From: an uncultured Pelagibacteraceae bacterium
Lineage (GTDB): Bacteria; Pseudomonadota; Alphaproteobacteria; Pelagibacterales; Pelagibacteraceae
Assembly (NCBI GenBank): GCA_902622955.1
Contig: CACNRP010000001.1
Span: 33,543-97,542 of the forward strand
Direction of reading: 5' to 3'
Length of the DNA: 64,000 bases
The position numbers and the translations under genes are program-made. The number at the start of each line of letters is the position of its first letter. Position 1 is the stretch's first letter. This document shows, piece by piece, positions 1 to 10,507 of this stretch. The notes under the pieces were generated by a model, which saw only the letters and a program-made list of their open reading frames with translations, was not told where the DNA came from and searched no databases.

Positions 1-824
1 CCCAATTGAGAAGTATCTGCTTTACCTAAAATCATTCCTCCGATGTATTTAAGTGAGGAAACACTTACATAATAAACTTCACTTCCTGCATGATATAATG
101 CTTGAGCAGGACCTAATTTTACGTGATTAATTTTATTATTATAAGCTGATAGTTTTATACCAACCATTCTTTTATTAATTTTATTTCCTAATCCGTCTTC
201 ACCCGCAACAACATTGGGTTTTACTTTTAAAATTAATTCATCATAAGAACGCTTTACTTTAAAATCTATAAAGTCTCCTGTAGACATTGTAATATATTTG
301 GAAACTTCCATAATGCTTTTAACTTCATTTCCATCAATTTCTAAGATTATATCTTGATTTTTTAGTCCACCAATCATGGCAGGACTATCTTTTTGAACCT
401 CACTAATTACAGCAGGTGTAAAATCTTTTCCAACAAAAGTATAAATACAAAAAAATATTACTAAAGCCAGTAAAAAATTAGCTAAAGGACCACCAAAAAC
501 AATTAAAACTCGCTGATATAAAGGTTTTAAAATAAATAATTTTTCACGTTCCACTTCATTATATTTTTCTAAAATTTCTTGATGGTCTGCTTGGGAATAA
601 ACATTTCTATCTCCAAAGAATTTTACATATCCACCTAATGGAATAGCACATATTTTCCACCTTGTACCTGATTTATCATTCCAACCAAATAACTCTTTAC
701 CAAAACCAATTGAAAAATCTGTAACGCCTACTCCATATTTTCTTGCAAAATAGTAGTGTCCATATTCATGTATAAAAACAACCACTAATATCAGTATTAA
801 AAATGGGACAATATAAGTTACCAT
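1..824 (-). CDS. rseP: RIP metalloprotease RseP (5' part; truncated by window edge)
   Basis: Read manually, absent from the ORF track: ATG at 824 gives MVTYIVPFLILILVVVFIHEYGHYYFARKYGVGVTDFSIGFGKE, with the HEXXH motif, FSIGFG, and downstream IPLGGYVK and GGPLANF. Confidence 0.93.
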   Translation of the reverse strand, partial: MVTYIVPFLILILVVVFIHEYGHYYFARKYGVGVTDFSIGFGKELFGWNDKSGTRWKICAIPLGGYVKFFGDRNVYSQADHQEILEKYNEVEREKLFILKPLYQRVLIVFGGPLANFLLALVIFFCIYTFVGKDFTPAVISEVQKDSPAMIGGLKNQDIILEIDGNEVKSIMEVSKYITMSTGDFIDFKVKRSYDELILKVKPNVVAGEDGLGNKINKRMVGIKLSAYNNKINHVKLGPAQALYHAGSEVYYVSVSSLKYIGGMILGKADTSQL

Positions 825-935
825 TTCTGAAATATATTATTATTTACAATTAACTCAATAAGCTAAAATGCCTTATTATTAGTAGATTTTATATTTTAGT
901 TTATATTTTGATCATTAATACTGTATAATATTATT

Positions 936-1421
936 ATGCCTTCATTTGATGTAATTAGTAAAATAAATTCTCAAGAATTTGATAATGCTTTAGCAAATTG
1001 CGTAAGAGAAATCAGTAATCGTTATGACTTTAAAGGGCTTCATATTTCTATAGAGCGAAAAGATCAAACTGTCACTACCAATGCACCTGATGAATTAAAA
1101 TTAAAACAAGTAAATGAATTGTTGCAAACCCATTTGGTTAGACGAAAAGTAGATCCGAGAGTTTTAGAGGTTAAAAGTTCTGAAGCAGCTTCGGGAGGAT
1201 CAATTAGACAAGTTAGTGAATTAAAAGAAGGTATAAGTCAGGAAAATGCAAAAAAAGTGATTGCTGATATAAAAAAGCTTAAACTTAAAATTCAAATTAA
1301 AATTCAGGGTGATGAATTAAGAGTAGATGGCAAGAAGAAAGATGATCTTCAAGAAGCTATGGCGGCGATCAAAGCAATTGATATTGGGCTACCGATAGAT
1401 TTTGTAAACTTTAGAGATTAA
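936..1421 (+). CDS. yajQ: YajQ family nucleotide/c-di-GMP-binding protein
   Basis: MPSFDVIS start, RYDFKG, IQGDELRVDGKKKDDLQ, terminal NFRD. Confidence 0.95.
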   Translation: MPSFDVISKINSQEFDNALANCVREISNRYDFKGLHISIERKDQTVTTNAPDELKLKQVNELLQTHLVRRKVDPRVLEVKSSEAASGGSIRQVSELKEGISQENAKKVIADIKKLKLKIQIKIQGDELRVDGKKKDDLQEAMAAIKAIDIGLPIDFVNFRD

Positions 1422-1505
1422 TCCTCTCAAACTATTTATTGTATTTACTAAAAAAAGATATAAGCAGACACTTAATTACTTAAATATATATCTTTCCCAA
1501 AAATT

Positions 1506-2789
1506 ATGAATTTCTCAGATCTAAATATTGAAAATAAACTAAAAAAATCAATTGAGATGGCTGAATTTAAAGTACCAACCCCTATTCAAAGGTTGTCTAT
1601 ACCCATAAGTTTAGAAGGAAAAGATGTTTTAGGAACTGCACAAACTGGAACTGGTAAAACCTTATCATTTACTATTCCAATGATTAATAAACTTCTTAAA
1701 GATAAACAAGCGATGGCATTAATTATTTGTCCAACAAGAGAACTTGCTACACAAGTAATGGGAACAATTTTAAAGCTTAATGTTAGAGAAATCGGGATTA
1801 GCAATGCACTTTTAATAGGCGGCGAGAGTATGCAAAAACAACTTAGACAATTAAAAAAAAGGGCAAGAATTATAGTTGGGACGCCAGGAAGAATTAATGA
1901 CCACATAGAACGTAAAAGTTTAAATCTTTCAAAAGTTAATTACCTAGTTCTTGATGAAACGGACCGAATGTTAGACATGGGTTTTGCCCCTCAAATAGAA
2001 TTAATTTTAAAATTTGTACCAAGAAATCATCAAACATTATTATTTTCAGCTACTTTACCTAGTAATATTTTAAAAATATCTCAAAAATATCTCAACAATC
2101 CTGAGAGAGTTTCAGTTGGGTCACTATCAACTCCAATTGAAAAAATAAAACAAGAAACTTTTCAAATTACACCTGACAAAAAATATCATGAACTAATTAA
2201 TCAGTTAGTTGAAAGAAATGGTTCTATTTTAGTTTTTGTTAAAACTAAACATGGTGCTGATAAAATAGTTAAGCGATTAAAATATGATGGACATAAAGCT
2301 GATGCTATACATGGAAATCTAAGACAAAGCAAAAGAGTTCGTGTAATTAGAGGTTTTAGAAATGGTAACAGTAGAATTTTAGTTGCAACTGATATAGCTG
2401 CACGTGGATTAGATATACCAGTTATAAAACATGTAATTAATTATGATCTTCCACAAGTGCCGGAAGATTATATTCATCGAATAGGTAGAACTGGTAGAGC
2501 AGGAAAAGATGGTTCAGCTTTAACCTTTTTAACTAAAAATGATAGAAATATGTGGAGATTAATTCAAAAACTAATTGATCCAGACTTTAAATTTAAAGAA
2601 GAAGCAAAACCAAACAACCAAAAAGCAAAAAAATCTTATAAAAAAAATAAATTTAATAAGAAATTTTCAAATAATAGATTTAATAAAAAGAAAAAATTTA
2701 AATCCTTTGAAAAGAAAAATAATAAAAGAAAATTTAAAAATAGAAAAAGACCTAAAAATTTTAAATTTAAAAAAAATAAACGTAAATAA
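1506..2789 (+). CDS. DEAD/DEAH-box RNA helicase with Lys-rich C-terminal tail
   Basis: PTPIQ Q-motif, AQTGTGKT, PTRELA, TPGR, DETD (motif II), SAT, ARGLD, HRIGRTGR. Confidence 0.95.
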   Translation: MNFSDLNIENKLKKSIEMAEFKVPTPIQRLSIPISLEGKDVLGTAQTGTGKTLSFTIPMINKLLKDKQAMALIICPTRELATQVMGTILKLNVREIGISNALLIGGESMQKQLRQLKKRARIIVGTPGRINDHIERKSLNLSKVNYLVLDETDRMLDMGFAPQIELILKFVPRNHQTLLFSATLPSNILKISQKYLNNPERVSVGSLSTPIEKIKQETFQITPDKKYHELINQLVERNGSILVFVKTKHGADKIVKRLKYDGHKADAIHGNLRQSKRVRVIRGFRNGNSRILVATDIAARGLDIPVIKHVINYDLPQVPEDYIHRIGRTGRAGKDGSALTFLTKNDRNMWRLIQKLIDPDFKFKEEAKPNNQKAKKSYKKNKFNKKFSNNRFNKKKKFKSFEKKNNKRKFKNRKRPKNFKFKKNKRK

Positions 2790-2791
2790 GA

Positions 2792-3412
2792 TTATACTTT
2801 TTGGATTAAAGAAGAGCTGTTATTTGTAGGTTTATTAACATCTTTTGAAATTTCATGAAAAATCAATTTTGGAATTTTACGTTCTTTTAAAAATACTGAA
2901 CCTTGTAATTCTAAATTTAGATAACGATTAATATCGGCTTGATTTAGAATGACAGGTTGTCTGTGATGAATTTCATTTATGTTTTCTTTTGCTTCCTCTG
3001 TAATTAAACAAAACTGATCATTTTCAAAAATACCTGCAAAATAAATAGCATTTGTGTCTTCACGAGTAAAATAATGGGGAGTTTTTTCTTTTTCTTCTCT
3101 TTTCCATTCATAAAAACCATCTGCTACAGCAACACATCGGTTATTTTTAATCAATTTTTTAAATGAAACCTTTTCATCAATAGTTTCTAGTCTTGCATTA
3201 ATCAAAGCTTTAAAATCTTTGTCCTTAGCCCATCCTGGAACTAAACCCCATTGTAAATTTTCTAAGGTATTTCCATTTTTATATTTTTTTATTACAGGAA
3301 GTTTTTGATATGGATGAGCATTGTAGTTTTCAGTATCTTCAACCTGAATTGCAGATTTAACTAATTTATTTGTTTTGGTTACCGAGTTTTTTACTACGTA
3401 TCTTCCACACAT
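2792..3412 (-). CDS. SOS response-associated peptidase (SRAP/YedK/HMCES family)
   Basis: N-terminal MCGRY, WGLVP, INARLET, GFYEW, IHHRQPVIL. Confidence 0.92.
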   Translation of the reverse strand: MCGRYVVKNSVTKTNKLVKSAIQVEDTENYNAHPYQKLPVIKKYKNGNTLENLQWGLVPGWAKDKDFKALINARLETIDEKVSFKKLIKNNRCVAVADGFYEWKREEKEKTPHYFTREDTNAIYFAGIFENDQFCLITEEAKENINEIHHRQPVILNQADINRYLNLELQGSVFLKERKIPKLIFHEISKDVNKPTNNSSSLIQKV

Positions 3413-3960
3413 TATATTGTCTGCTGTTTCATTAATTCTTCTATTTGCTTGATCATTATTTTAGGAGATCTCATTGCGGGATAAATTTCTTGAGCTTGTT
3501 CGTAACTTCTTATTGCTTTTTCATAATTCTTAAGCTGAATATTTACTAAACCTTGTCCTGCTAAAGCTCCAAAGTGTCTTTGTTCTAAAGCTAATACTTG
3601 ATCTATATCATCTTGAGATTTTTGAAACTCTCCTAGCATATAAAGTACAGTTGCTCTTTTATTCCATGCCTCAGCCCAATTTTGATCAAGATTAATCACT
3701 TCAGTAAAAATATCTTTTGCTCTTATGTAATTTTGATCTCTCACAAGTTGAGAGCCCTCTTCTAATCTCGCAGTAAGTTTTTCATCCGTTGGATGTGTAC
3801 TCCATAAAGCCCAGATTTCTTGTTCAATTATAAAAGCTACTTTCGATTTATTCACTTTTAACTCATTAAACAATTGGTTTAATCTTGTATCTCTTTCGTT
3901 TGCTATAGTGCAAATCTGTGAAAACATATAAAACAAAATTACTAATAATAACTTCTTCAT
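3412..3960 (-). CDS. Tetratricopeptide repeat protein, probably exported
   Basis: Signal-peptide-like N-terminus; TPR segments AEAWNKRATVLY and HFGALAGQGLV. Confidence 0.85.
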   Translation of the reverse strand: MKKLLLVILFYMFSQICTIANERDTRLNQLFNELKVNKSKVAFIIEQEIWALWSTHPTDEKLTARLEEGSQLVRDQNYIRAKDIFTEVINLDQNWAEAWNKRATVLYMLGEFQKSQDDIDQVLALEQRHFGALAGQGLVNIQLKNYEKAIRSYEQAQEIYPAMRSPKIMIKQIEELMKQQTI

Positions 3961-4000
3961 AATTAGATATTATCAAATTTTAGAATTAGAGTCTTTGGTC

Positions 4001-4456
4001 TTAAGTGTCTTTGTTGTTATTTTTACAACTATAAAAAGAAATATCTTTTTCTTTTTCCTTTTGTTTTATATTGGTTGTAATTTCGTGAATAAGTTCACCT
4101 GTTTTTCTAGTATAGACTGCAGACTCAGAATAATTTCTCTCTTTATCAAATGCTTGAATTAAGAAAATATCCTTATTTGAAATTTTAACCTCTAAATCGA
4201 TTTTATTAAAAAATTCTGATAAATTTTTAACATTTAGAAAATCTGGTATTTTAGACTCGATTATCAACTTATTAATATCTTTTCTTTTGATTTGATCTTT
4301 TGTGAAAGTCTCAAAGTTATGGTCTGGATTTTTTAATATTACTTTTTCAAATTTACAATTTAAATTTAAATCAGAATTTAAAGTAATGTTTGTATTTTGT
4401 GCTTTAGCAAAACTAAGACAATATAATAAAATAAATATTGATAGAAAGAATTTCAT
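4001..4456 (-). CDS. Hypothetical exported protein
   Basis: 151-aa ORF with signal-peptide-like N-terminus, packed between co-oriented genes. Confidence 0.65.
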   Translation of the reverse strand: MKFFLSIFILLYCLSFAKAQNTNITLNSDLNLNCKFEKVILKNPDHNFETFTKDQIKRKDINKLIIESKIPDFLNVKNLSEFFNKIDLEVKISNKDIFLIQAFDKERNYSESAVYTRKTGELIHEITTNIKQKEKEKDISFYSCKNNNKDT

Positions 4457-5068
4457 CTAATTGATTATATTAATAATACTTTTTTTTATTGTTTCACTTA
4501 CTTTAATTGTTCCATCTTTGTTGGGGTGTATACCATCTTGTTGATTCAAACTTGGATTAAGTGCCACACCCTCAAGAAGAAATGGGATTAATGGTAAATT
4601 GTACTTCTTTGATAACTTTGGATAAATAGCATCAAACTCTTTTTTATATTTTTTTCCATGAGTATATGGTGCAACCATCCCTGCTAAAATAATTTTAATC
4701 TTTTTATCCTGAGCAACTTTGATTATTTGTTCTAAATTTTTTTCGGTTTCATCTGGTTGAATTCCTCTGAGCATATCATTGGCCCCTAATCCTAAAATAA
4801 TTAAATCAATACCTGGCTCTGACAAACTCCAATCAGCTCTATTCAATCCACCTGAAGATGTGCTTCCAGAGACACTTCCATTAATGACTTTAATGTTTAA
4901 GCCAGTCTGTTTAAGATTGTTTTCTAAAACTATTGATAAATGATGTTCTTTAGGTAATCCATATCCAGCCATCAAACTATCACCAAATAAAACTACCTTT
5001 TCTATTGCACTTGCATTTATGTGCACTAGAAAGATTATCAAAATTTTTATAAATATAGTTTTATTCAT
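4457..5068 (-). CDS. tesA: Arylesterase / acyl-CoA thioesterase I (SGNH hydrolase)
   Basis: FGDSLMAGYGL, GANDMLRG, DGIHPN; start placed at the ATG at 5068 (MNKTIF...), which yields a signal peptide. Confidence 0.88.
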   Translation of the reverse strand: MNKTIFIKILIIFLVHINASAIEKVVLFGDSLMAGYGLPKEHHLSIVLENNLKQTGLNIKVINGSVSGSTSSGGLNRADWSLSEPGIDLIILGLGANDMLRGIQPDETEKNLEQIIKVAQDKKIKIILAGMVAPYTHGKKYKKEFDAIYPKLSKKYNLPLIPFLLEGVALNPSLNQQDGIHPNKDGTIKVSETIKKSIINIIN

Positions 5069-5729
5069 GAGTGCTCTTCTTAAATTAAAAAAAATAAATC
5101 TCAAATACCAAACTGGTAAAGATAGTATCAGTGTTTTAAAGAATATTGATTTAAATATTAAGAAAAAAGAAACTGTTTCAGTAGTTGGAGAAAGTGGTTC
5201 AGGTAAAACAAGTTTAATAATGCTAATCGGAGGTTTAGAAAAACCAACCTCTGGTAAAATAATTTTTGATAATGAAGAAATAACAGGTCTTAGTGAGGAT
5301 GAGGTATCTGAGATAAGAAAGAAAAATATTGGAATAATTTTTCAATCATTTTATTTAATTCCTAATTACACTGCAGTCGAAAATGTTGCACTGACACTTG
5401 AGCTTAATAATTTTAAAAATTCAGAAAAAGAAGCAAAAATTTTATTAGATCGTTTTGGTTTGAAACATCGTTTTAATAATCTACCAAGTCAATTATCAGG
5501 TGGAGAACAACAAAGGGTTGCTATTGCTAGAGCAATTGCAATGAAGCCTGAATTAATCTTAGCTGATGAACCAACCGGAAACTTAGATACTGAAAATTCT
5601 ATCATGATTGCAAATATTTTATTTAAGTACGTTAAAGAAGAGGGTTCATCTTTAATAATGGTAACTCATGACCCTAAACTTGCAGACAAAGCTAAAAGAA
5701 AAATAAAAATTAAAGATGGAAAAATTTAA
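5067..5729 (+). CDS. ybbA: ABC transporter ATP-binding protein (YbbA/LolD-like)
   Basis: GESGSGKT, LSGGEQQRVAIARA, LADEPTGNLD; divergent from tesA as in tesA-ybbAP loci; start at ATG 5067. Confidence 0.85.
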   Translation: MSALLKLKKINLKYQTGKDSISVLKNIDLNIKKKETVSVVGESGSGKTSLIMLIGGLEKPTSGKIIFDNEEITGLSEDEVSEIRKKNIGIIFQSFYLIPNYTAVENVALTLELNNFKNSEKEAKILLDRFGLKHRFNNLPSQLSGGEQQRVAIARAIAMKPELILADEPTGNLDTENSIMIANILFKYVKEEGSSLIMVTHDPKLADKAKRKIKIKDGKI

Positions 5730-8250
5730 TAATCCTTCAGAATTTAATTTGATTTTAAAATATGCTTTAAAGGACTTGAGCAGAAATTATCATAAAATTT
5801 ATAGTATCATTGTTACGCTCTTTATAAGTCTTTTTATCTTAAGTGCTATTTTCACAATTGAAGATAGTCTTAAAAAAGAACTAAATGATAATGCCAAAGC
5901 ACTTTTAGGTGGAGATTTGGAGATTGATTACAACCGTAATCAGGGAAATTTAAATTTAGTTAACCAAGTTAAAGAATTTACAACTGTTTCTCAAATGATT
6001 GAGTTCAGCACTATGCTATCAACAACTGGCAGGGAAAAAAATAAATCATTATTTACTAGAATTAAAACTGTGGATGAAAAATATCCTTTATATGGAAGTG
6101 TTGTTTATGAGCCAATTGGTGCTTATGAAAGAATGCAAAAAGAACCTAACACTATCCTGATCAATGAAAGTTTGTCAAAAACCTTAGATATTAAAATTAA
6201 TGAAATAGTAAAAGTTCAAGATCAAAATTTTATAGTAATTGGAATTATTAAATCAGTACCAGATGTAAGTGGATTTGTTGCATTTGGCGATTGGGCTTTA
6301 GCAGGACAACAGACTTTAGAAATTTTAAAACTTAATGGAATTGGAAGCTTTTTAAACTATGAATACAAAGTAAAATTTAATGAAAATGATAAGCCAGAAG
6401 AAATTGAAAAACGAATTGTAGAAATCTTTAAAGACGATCAAAAAGTTAAACTTAGATATCCTGAAAATTCTGCAAGTGGTATAAAGAGAATTATAAATAA
6501 TTTTTCTCAATTTTTATCACTTATATCTATCAGTGCAATGTTGATAGCAGGTATTGGTATAGCAAATACTTTGCTTTCTTTTATTAATCAAAACAACATG
6601 TCGATAGCTGTAAGAAAAGCGGTTGGCTTTTATTCAGGCAATATTAAAAAACTATATTATCTGCAGTTACTTATACTTTTATTTATTATTACTGTTTTTG
6701 CGTATGGGTTGAGTTTTTTAATTGTACCAATAGTAGATAAATATTTATCTGATGGATTAGGATTAAATGTTAATCCAGTGTTTTCCTTGCTGAATTTTTT
6801 AAAAATATTTTTAGTGGGATTATTGATACTGGTAATTTTTTCTATTCCAACAATAAGTTCTATTAATCAAGTTAAAGCATCTAATTTATTTAGAAACGTA
6901 TTCCAAAACCTTCAATTCTATTATTCTAAGAGATCAGTTGTTCTAAGCTTTGTTTTATTATCTATCTTAATTTTATTATTCACAATTGGATCTGAACAAC
7001 CTTCTTACAGTTTGGCTTACTTTGCTGCTTTTTTTGTTTGTTTAATTGTATTTTTCTTACTTTCAAAATTAATCATTTTTTTCTTAAAAAAATTCAAATC
7101 TAGTCCAATAATTTCTTTAAAAGTTTCAGTCAAAAATATAACCCAAACTAAAAGTATAACTCCTATTACAGTTATGTCACTTGGTTTAGGAGTAACTTTA
7201 TTATTAACTCTAGCTTTAGTTGGTACAAATTTTCAAAGAGAAATTGCTAAATCTATTCCTGATATTGCACCTGATTATTTCTTCGTAGGTATTCAAAAAG
7301 GAGAAAAAGAGAAATTTGAAAAAGGTATTTTAAATATGGATCCAAATGCATCTATTGAAATTGTACCAATGGTATCCTCTGGTATTGTAAAAATTAATGG
7401 TGTGGACCCTAATACTTATATTAAACCAGATAATGATAGTTACTGGGTTATTGGTAGTGAACGAAGATCTTCTTGGGCAGAATATATACCTGAAGATAAT
7501 CCAATTATAAAGGGTGAATGGTGGGATTTATCAAATCCTGATCAACTTCAAATATCTTTAGACGCAAAAATTGCAAGAGATTTTAATATTCAGTTGGGTG
7601 ATATCTTTACTTTAAATATCTATGGACGAGAAATTGAAGGTGAGGTAATCAATTTTAGAGAAGTAGATTATAGAGATTTGAGTATCAACTTTGCAATGTT
7701 GTTTAACCCTCAATATGCAAAAAACATACCTCATGAATATTTAGCCACTGCTAAATTTAATTCGAATAAATTTGATGAAACTAAAATGCTTGAAATCATG
7801 CCAAGTTTATCAATGATAAAAATTGCCGATTACTTGTCAAAAGTTACGGCTGTTTTAAATAAAGTATTTATTGCTGTTACTTTAATTTCAGCAGTTACCA
7901 TTGTTATAGGTTTAATCGTAATTTCCAGTGCAATTATGGTTCAAGGGAAAGTAAAAGAATACCAAAATTTAGTTTTTAAGATTTTAGGTTTTTCAAAAAA
8001 GCAAATTATTTTTTCATCTTTAATAGAATTTATTATTATTTTTAAATCTGTAATTTTAATTGCAATATTCTTTGCAGTTATTGGTTCAAAATTTATTATG
8101 GAAAATATTTTTGATCTTGTGTGGATGTTTGACTTTAAAGTTTTAATTTATTTAGGATTTTCAATTGGCTTTGTTACTTTAATGCTAATACTCCTCACAA
8201 ACTTAAAATATCTAAATCCTAAAGTTTATCCCTTAATAAGAAATCAATAA
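5716..8250 (+). CDS. ybbP: ABC transporter permease (YbbP/FtsX-like)
   Basis: 844 aa, LLGGDL, two FtsX-type TM blocks, follows the ATPase. Confidence 0.85.
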   Translation: MEKFNNPSEFNLILKYALKDLSRNYHKIYSIIVTLFISLFILSAIFTIEDSLKKELNDNAKALLGGDLEIDYNRNQGNLNLVNQVKEFTTVSQMIEFSTMLSTTGREKNKSLFTRIKTVDEKYPLYGSVVYEPIGAYERMQKEPNTILINESLSKTLDIKINEIVKVQDQNFIVIGIIKSVPDVSGFVAFGDWALAGQQTLEILKLNGIGSFLNYEYKVKFNENDKPEEIEKRIVEIFKDDQKVKLRYPENSASGIKRIINNFSQFLSLISISAMLIAGIGIANTLLSFINQNNMSIAVRKAVGFYSGNIKKLYYLQLLILLFIITVFAYGLSFLIVPIVDKYLSDGLGLNVNPVFSLLNFLKIFLVGLLILVIFSIPTISSINQVKASNLFRNVFQNLQFYYSKRSVVLSFVLLSILILLFTIGSEQPSYSLAYFAAFFVCLIVFFLLSKLIIFFLKKFKSSPIISLKVSVKNITQTKSITPITVMSLGLGVTLLLTLALVGTNFQREIAKSIPDIAPDYFFVGIQKGEKEKFEKGILNMDPNASIEIVPMVSSGIVKINGVDPNTYIKPDNDSYWVIGSERRSSWAEYIPEDNPIIKGEWWDLSNPDQLQISLDAKIARDFNIQLGDIFTLNIYGREIEGEVINFREVDYRDLSINFAMLFNPQYAKNIPHEYLATAKFNSNKFDETKMLEIMPSLSMIKIADYLSKVTAVLNKVFIAVTLISAVTIVIGLIVISSAIMVQGKVKEYQNLVFKILGFSKKQIIFSSLIEFIIIFKSVILIAIFFAVIGSKFIMENIFDLVWMFDFKVLIYLGFSIGFVTLMLILLTNLKYLNPKVYPLIRNQ

Positions 8251-8667
8251 TTAGAATTTAGTAATTTTACTATCTAAGGAAATTAAATTTAATTCTACTT
8301 TTAATTTTGGAAATTTTTTTTTTATTTGTTTTTTAATCCGAGAGAAAGACTCTTTATGAATTTTTTTTTCATTAACTGAACTAAATTCTTTTTTTCCATT
8401 AGCAATTTTAGCCACACCACAATCTTTATGATTAATAACAATTAATTTTTCAATTTTATGTAATTGGATGGAAGTTTCTAAATTATCATAAAAAGTCTTA
8501 TGCCATTTTTTAAATTTTTTATGTGTAACCCCAATAGCTGCACCTGCAATTGTAAAAGCACTATATTTTCCTGTTAATTTTTTTTTCTTTAAATGATGAT
8601 GAACTAAATGTTGAAATCTTGGATCTATACAAGATAACACCATTGCTTTAAATTTTGATTTCTTCAA
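8251..8667 (-). CDS. Beta-class carbonic anhydrase-like protein
   Basis: CIDPRF (CxDxR) and HKDCG (HxxC) zinc motifs. Confidence 0.8.
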   Translation of the reverse strand: MKKSKFKAMVLSCIDPRFQHLVHHHLKKKKLTGKYSAFTIAGAAIGVTHKKFKKWHKTFYDNLETSIQLHKIEKLIVINHKDCGVAKIANGKKEFSSVNEKKIHKESFSRIKKQIKKKFPKLKVELNLISLDSKITKF

Positions 8668-9227
8668 TTTAATTCCACTATAAACATAGCCTCATTTCTT
8701 CTATTCATAGGAAGGGTGAATGGACTGTCATATGTTGCTCTAATAGGTGGACTGATAATTGATATATTATTTTTTTGTAACTCTTTTTCTAAAATATTCT
8801 TATGTTTTAGAAAATTTCCATCCGAAGCTCTACCAGAATATATAATCACTGCATAATATCCTCCTTGAATATTAACTATATTTACATCTTCTCTGCTTGG
8901 GTTTGGTACATTTTCTAAGTTAAATTTTGACGGTAAATAAAATTGCATACTCATATTTCCATTTTTTTCGACTTGTGTAACCGGGGTTGTCATTTTAATT
9001 TTTTCTTGATTGTCATTTCTACCTGAAATGTAATTAAATAATTTTCTAAAATTACTATCGATGCCAGAAGTCATTGTTTCTACTGCTAAACGATCGGTGT
9101 ACTTTCTTATTTCATATATTTTGTTTTTACTAATAACCTCGTAATTTGTTTCCTCATATGACATGGCGGGAGAATAAGGGATTAAAAAAAAAAATATAAG
9201 TAAAAAATACAACCTAAATTTAATCAT
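8664..9227 (-). CDS. SOUL family heme-binding protein
   Basis: YEIRKY, FRKLFNYISG, IKMTTPV, MQFYLP, YDSPFTLPMNRRNE. Confidence 0.9.
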   Translation of the reverse strand: MIKFRLYFLLIFFFLIPYSPAMSYEETNYEVISKNKIYEIRKYTDRLAVETMTSGIDSNFRKLFNYISGRNDNQEKIKMTTPVTQVEKNGNMSMQFYLPSKFNLENVPNPSREDVNIVNIQGGYYAVIIYSGRASDGNFLKHKNILEKELQKNNISIISPPIRATYDSPFTLPMNRRNEAMFIVELN

Positions 9228-9276
9228 TTGTCTTTTAAATTTTATGAATATTTAATCAGCTAATTAAAACTAATAA

Positions 9277-10455
9277 TCATTTAACTCTAGTTGATTTTCC
9301 CATTAAAATTCTTTTACCCCTTTCTGTATTTGGATTTGCCCAGCATTTAATCATGTCTCTAGTATCAAAATAATTTTTTACAGATCCAGGAATTATTTTT
9401 AATACAAATGATGCTGAAATTGCTTGTTTTCCTGCACATAAAGAACTATCTCGATGTTTTATTTCTAATATTTGAAAATTTATTCCCCAACTTAAAAAGT
9501 TAAATAATATAAGGCTAAAAATTATCTTTTTGCTAGCATCATTAATTAATATTAAATATAAAAAAATTAGTGCTGGTTGCAAATACGATAATTCTGCTGG
9601 TATATAAAAAAATAATAATAAATTTAAGATTATTAGAATTGTTAACAATTGATTTTTTTTAAACAATAATTCTTTAAAATTTTTCATAAAAAAATAAAAA
9701 ATTATGAATAATTGAAATAAACCAATTGCAATCCAAGTTTTATATGTAAATCTAGCAAATAGACCAAAGAGACCTTGATCTAGCGGACGTGCTGCTGTCA
9801 ACCAATCTAATCCAAAAGCATGAAAAAACCAAACTGGTAAATAGAATAAACCACCAATTACAAAAATATTTAAACATATCATTAATTTTTTTTTCAAATT
9901 TATTTTATCATCAAAACTATAAAGAAACACAAAGGGTAAACAAAATATGATAAAATTTAGTCTACAACCGATTGAAAATGCAAATGCTAAAATTGCCAAC
10001 TCAAATATTTTTTTTGAAAAAAAATATGTACCAATTGAAAAAAAGAAAAACCCCCATGAGTAGTCTATAGGCTCTAAGTTGTCAAAAAATAACACCGGAC
10101 TTGATAAAGATAAAAGAAAAAATAAATTTAATTTTTCTATTTCAATTTTTTTAAAAAAAGTAAGATAGATAAATATTAAACTTAAGATATGAAGTAAAAA
10201 AGTTACACTATTTGCAGCCCAGCTTCCAAAATAATAAGATAAAAAACCAATTCCAATTTCTGGTATAGGGTAACCTGTGAATCTTGATGAAATAAAAGTT
10301 CCGTCTCTTAATCTCGCTTCAAATACTTGGATCATTGGCAATGTGTCTTCATCTGAGCCATATCCACCAACAAAACAGAGATAAAATCCAAACAATATTA
10401 AAAGAGAAATTAATAAAAAGTACAATCTATTTTCAAACAATTTAAACATAAACAT
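9277..10455 (-). CDS. Polytopic integral membrane protein of unknown function
   Basis: About 10 hydrophobic segments; acidic DED after the first TM. Confidence 0.7.
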   Translation of the reverse strand: MFMFKLFENRLYFLLISLLILFGFYLCFVGGYGSDEDTLPMIQVFEARLRDGTFISSRFTGYPIPEIGIGFLSYYFGSWAANSVTFLLHILSLIFIYLTFFKKIEIEKLNLFFLLSLSSPVLFFDNLEPIDYSWGFFFFSIGTYFFSKKIFELAILAFAFSIGCRLNFIIFCLPFVFLYSFDDKINLKKKLMICLNIFVIGGLFYLPVWFFHAFGLDWLTAARPLDQGLFGLFARFTYKTWIAIGLFQLFIIFYFFMKNFKELLFKKNQLLTILIILNLLLFFYIPAELSYLQPALIFLYLILINDASKKIIFSLILFNFLSWGINFQILEIKHRDSSLCAGKQAISASFVLKIIPGSVKNYFDTRDMIKCWANPNTERGKRILMGKSTRVK

Positions 10456-10507
10456 TTATGAGATTAATATATCTTAATACCTAAAATTTTTTTAACACTC
10501 ATTACGA

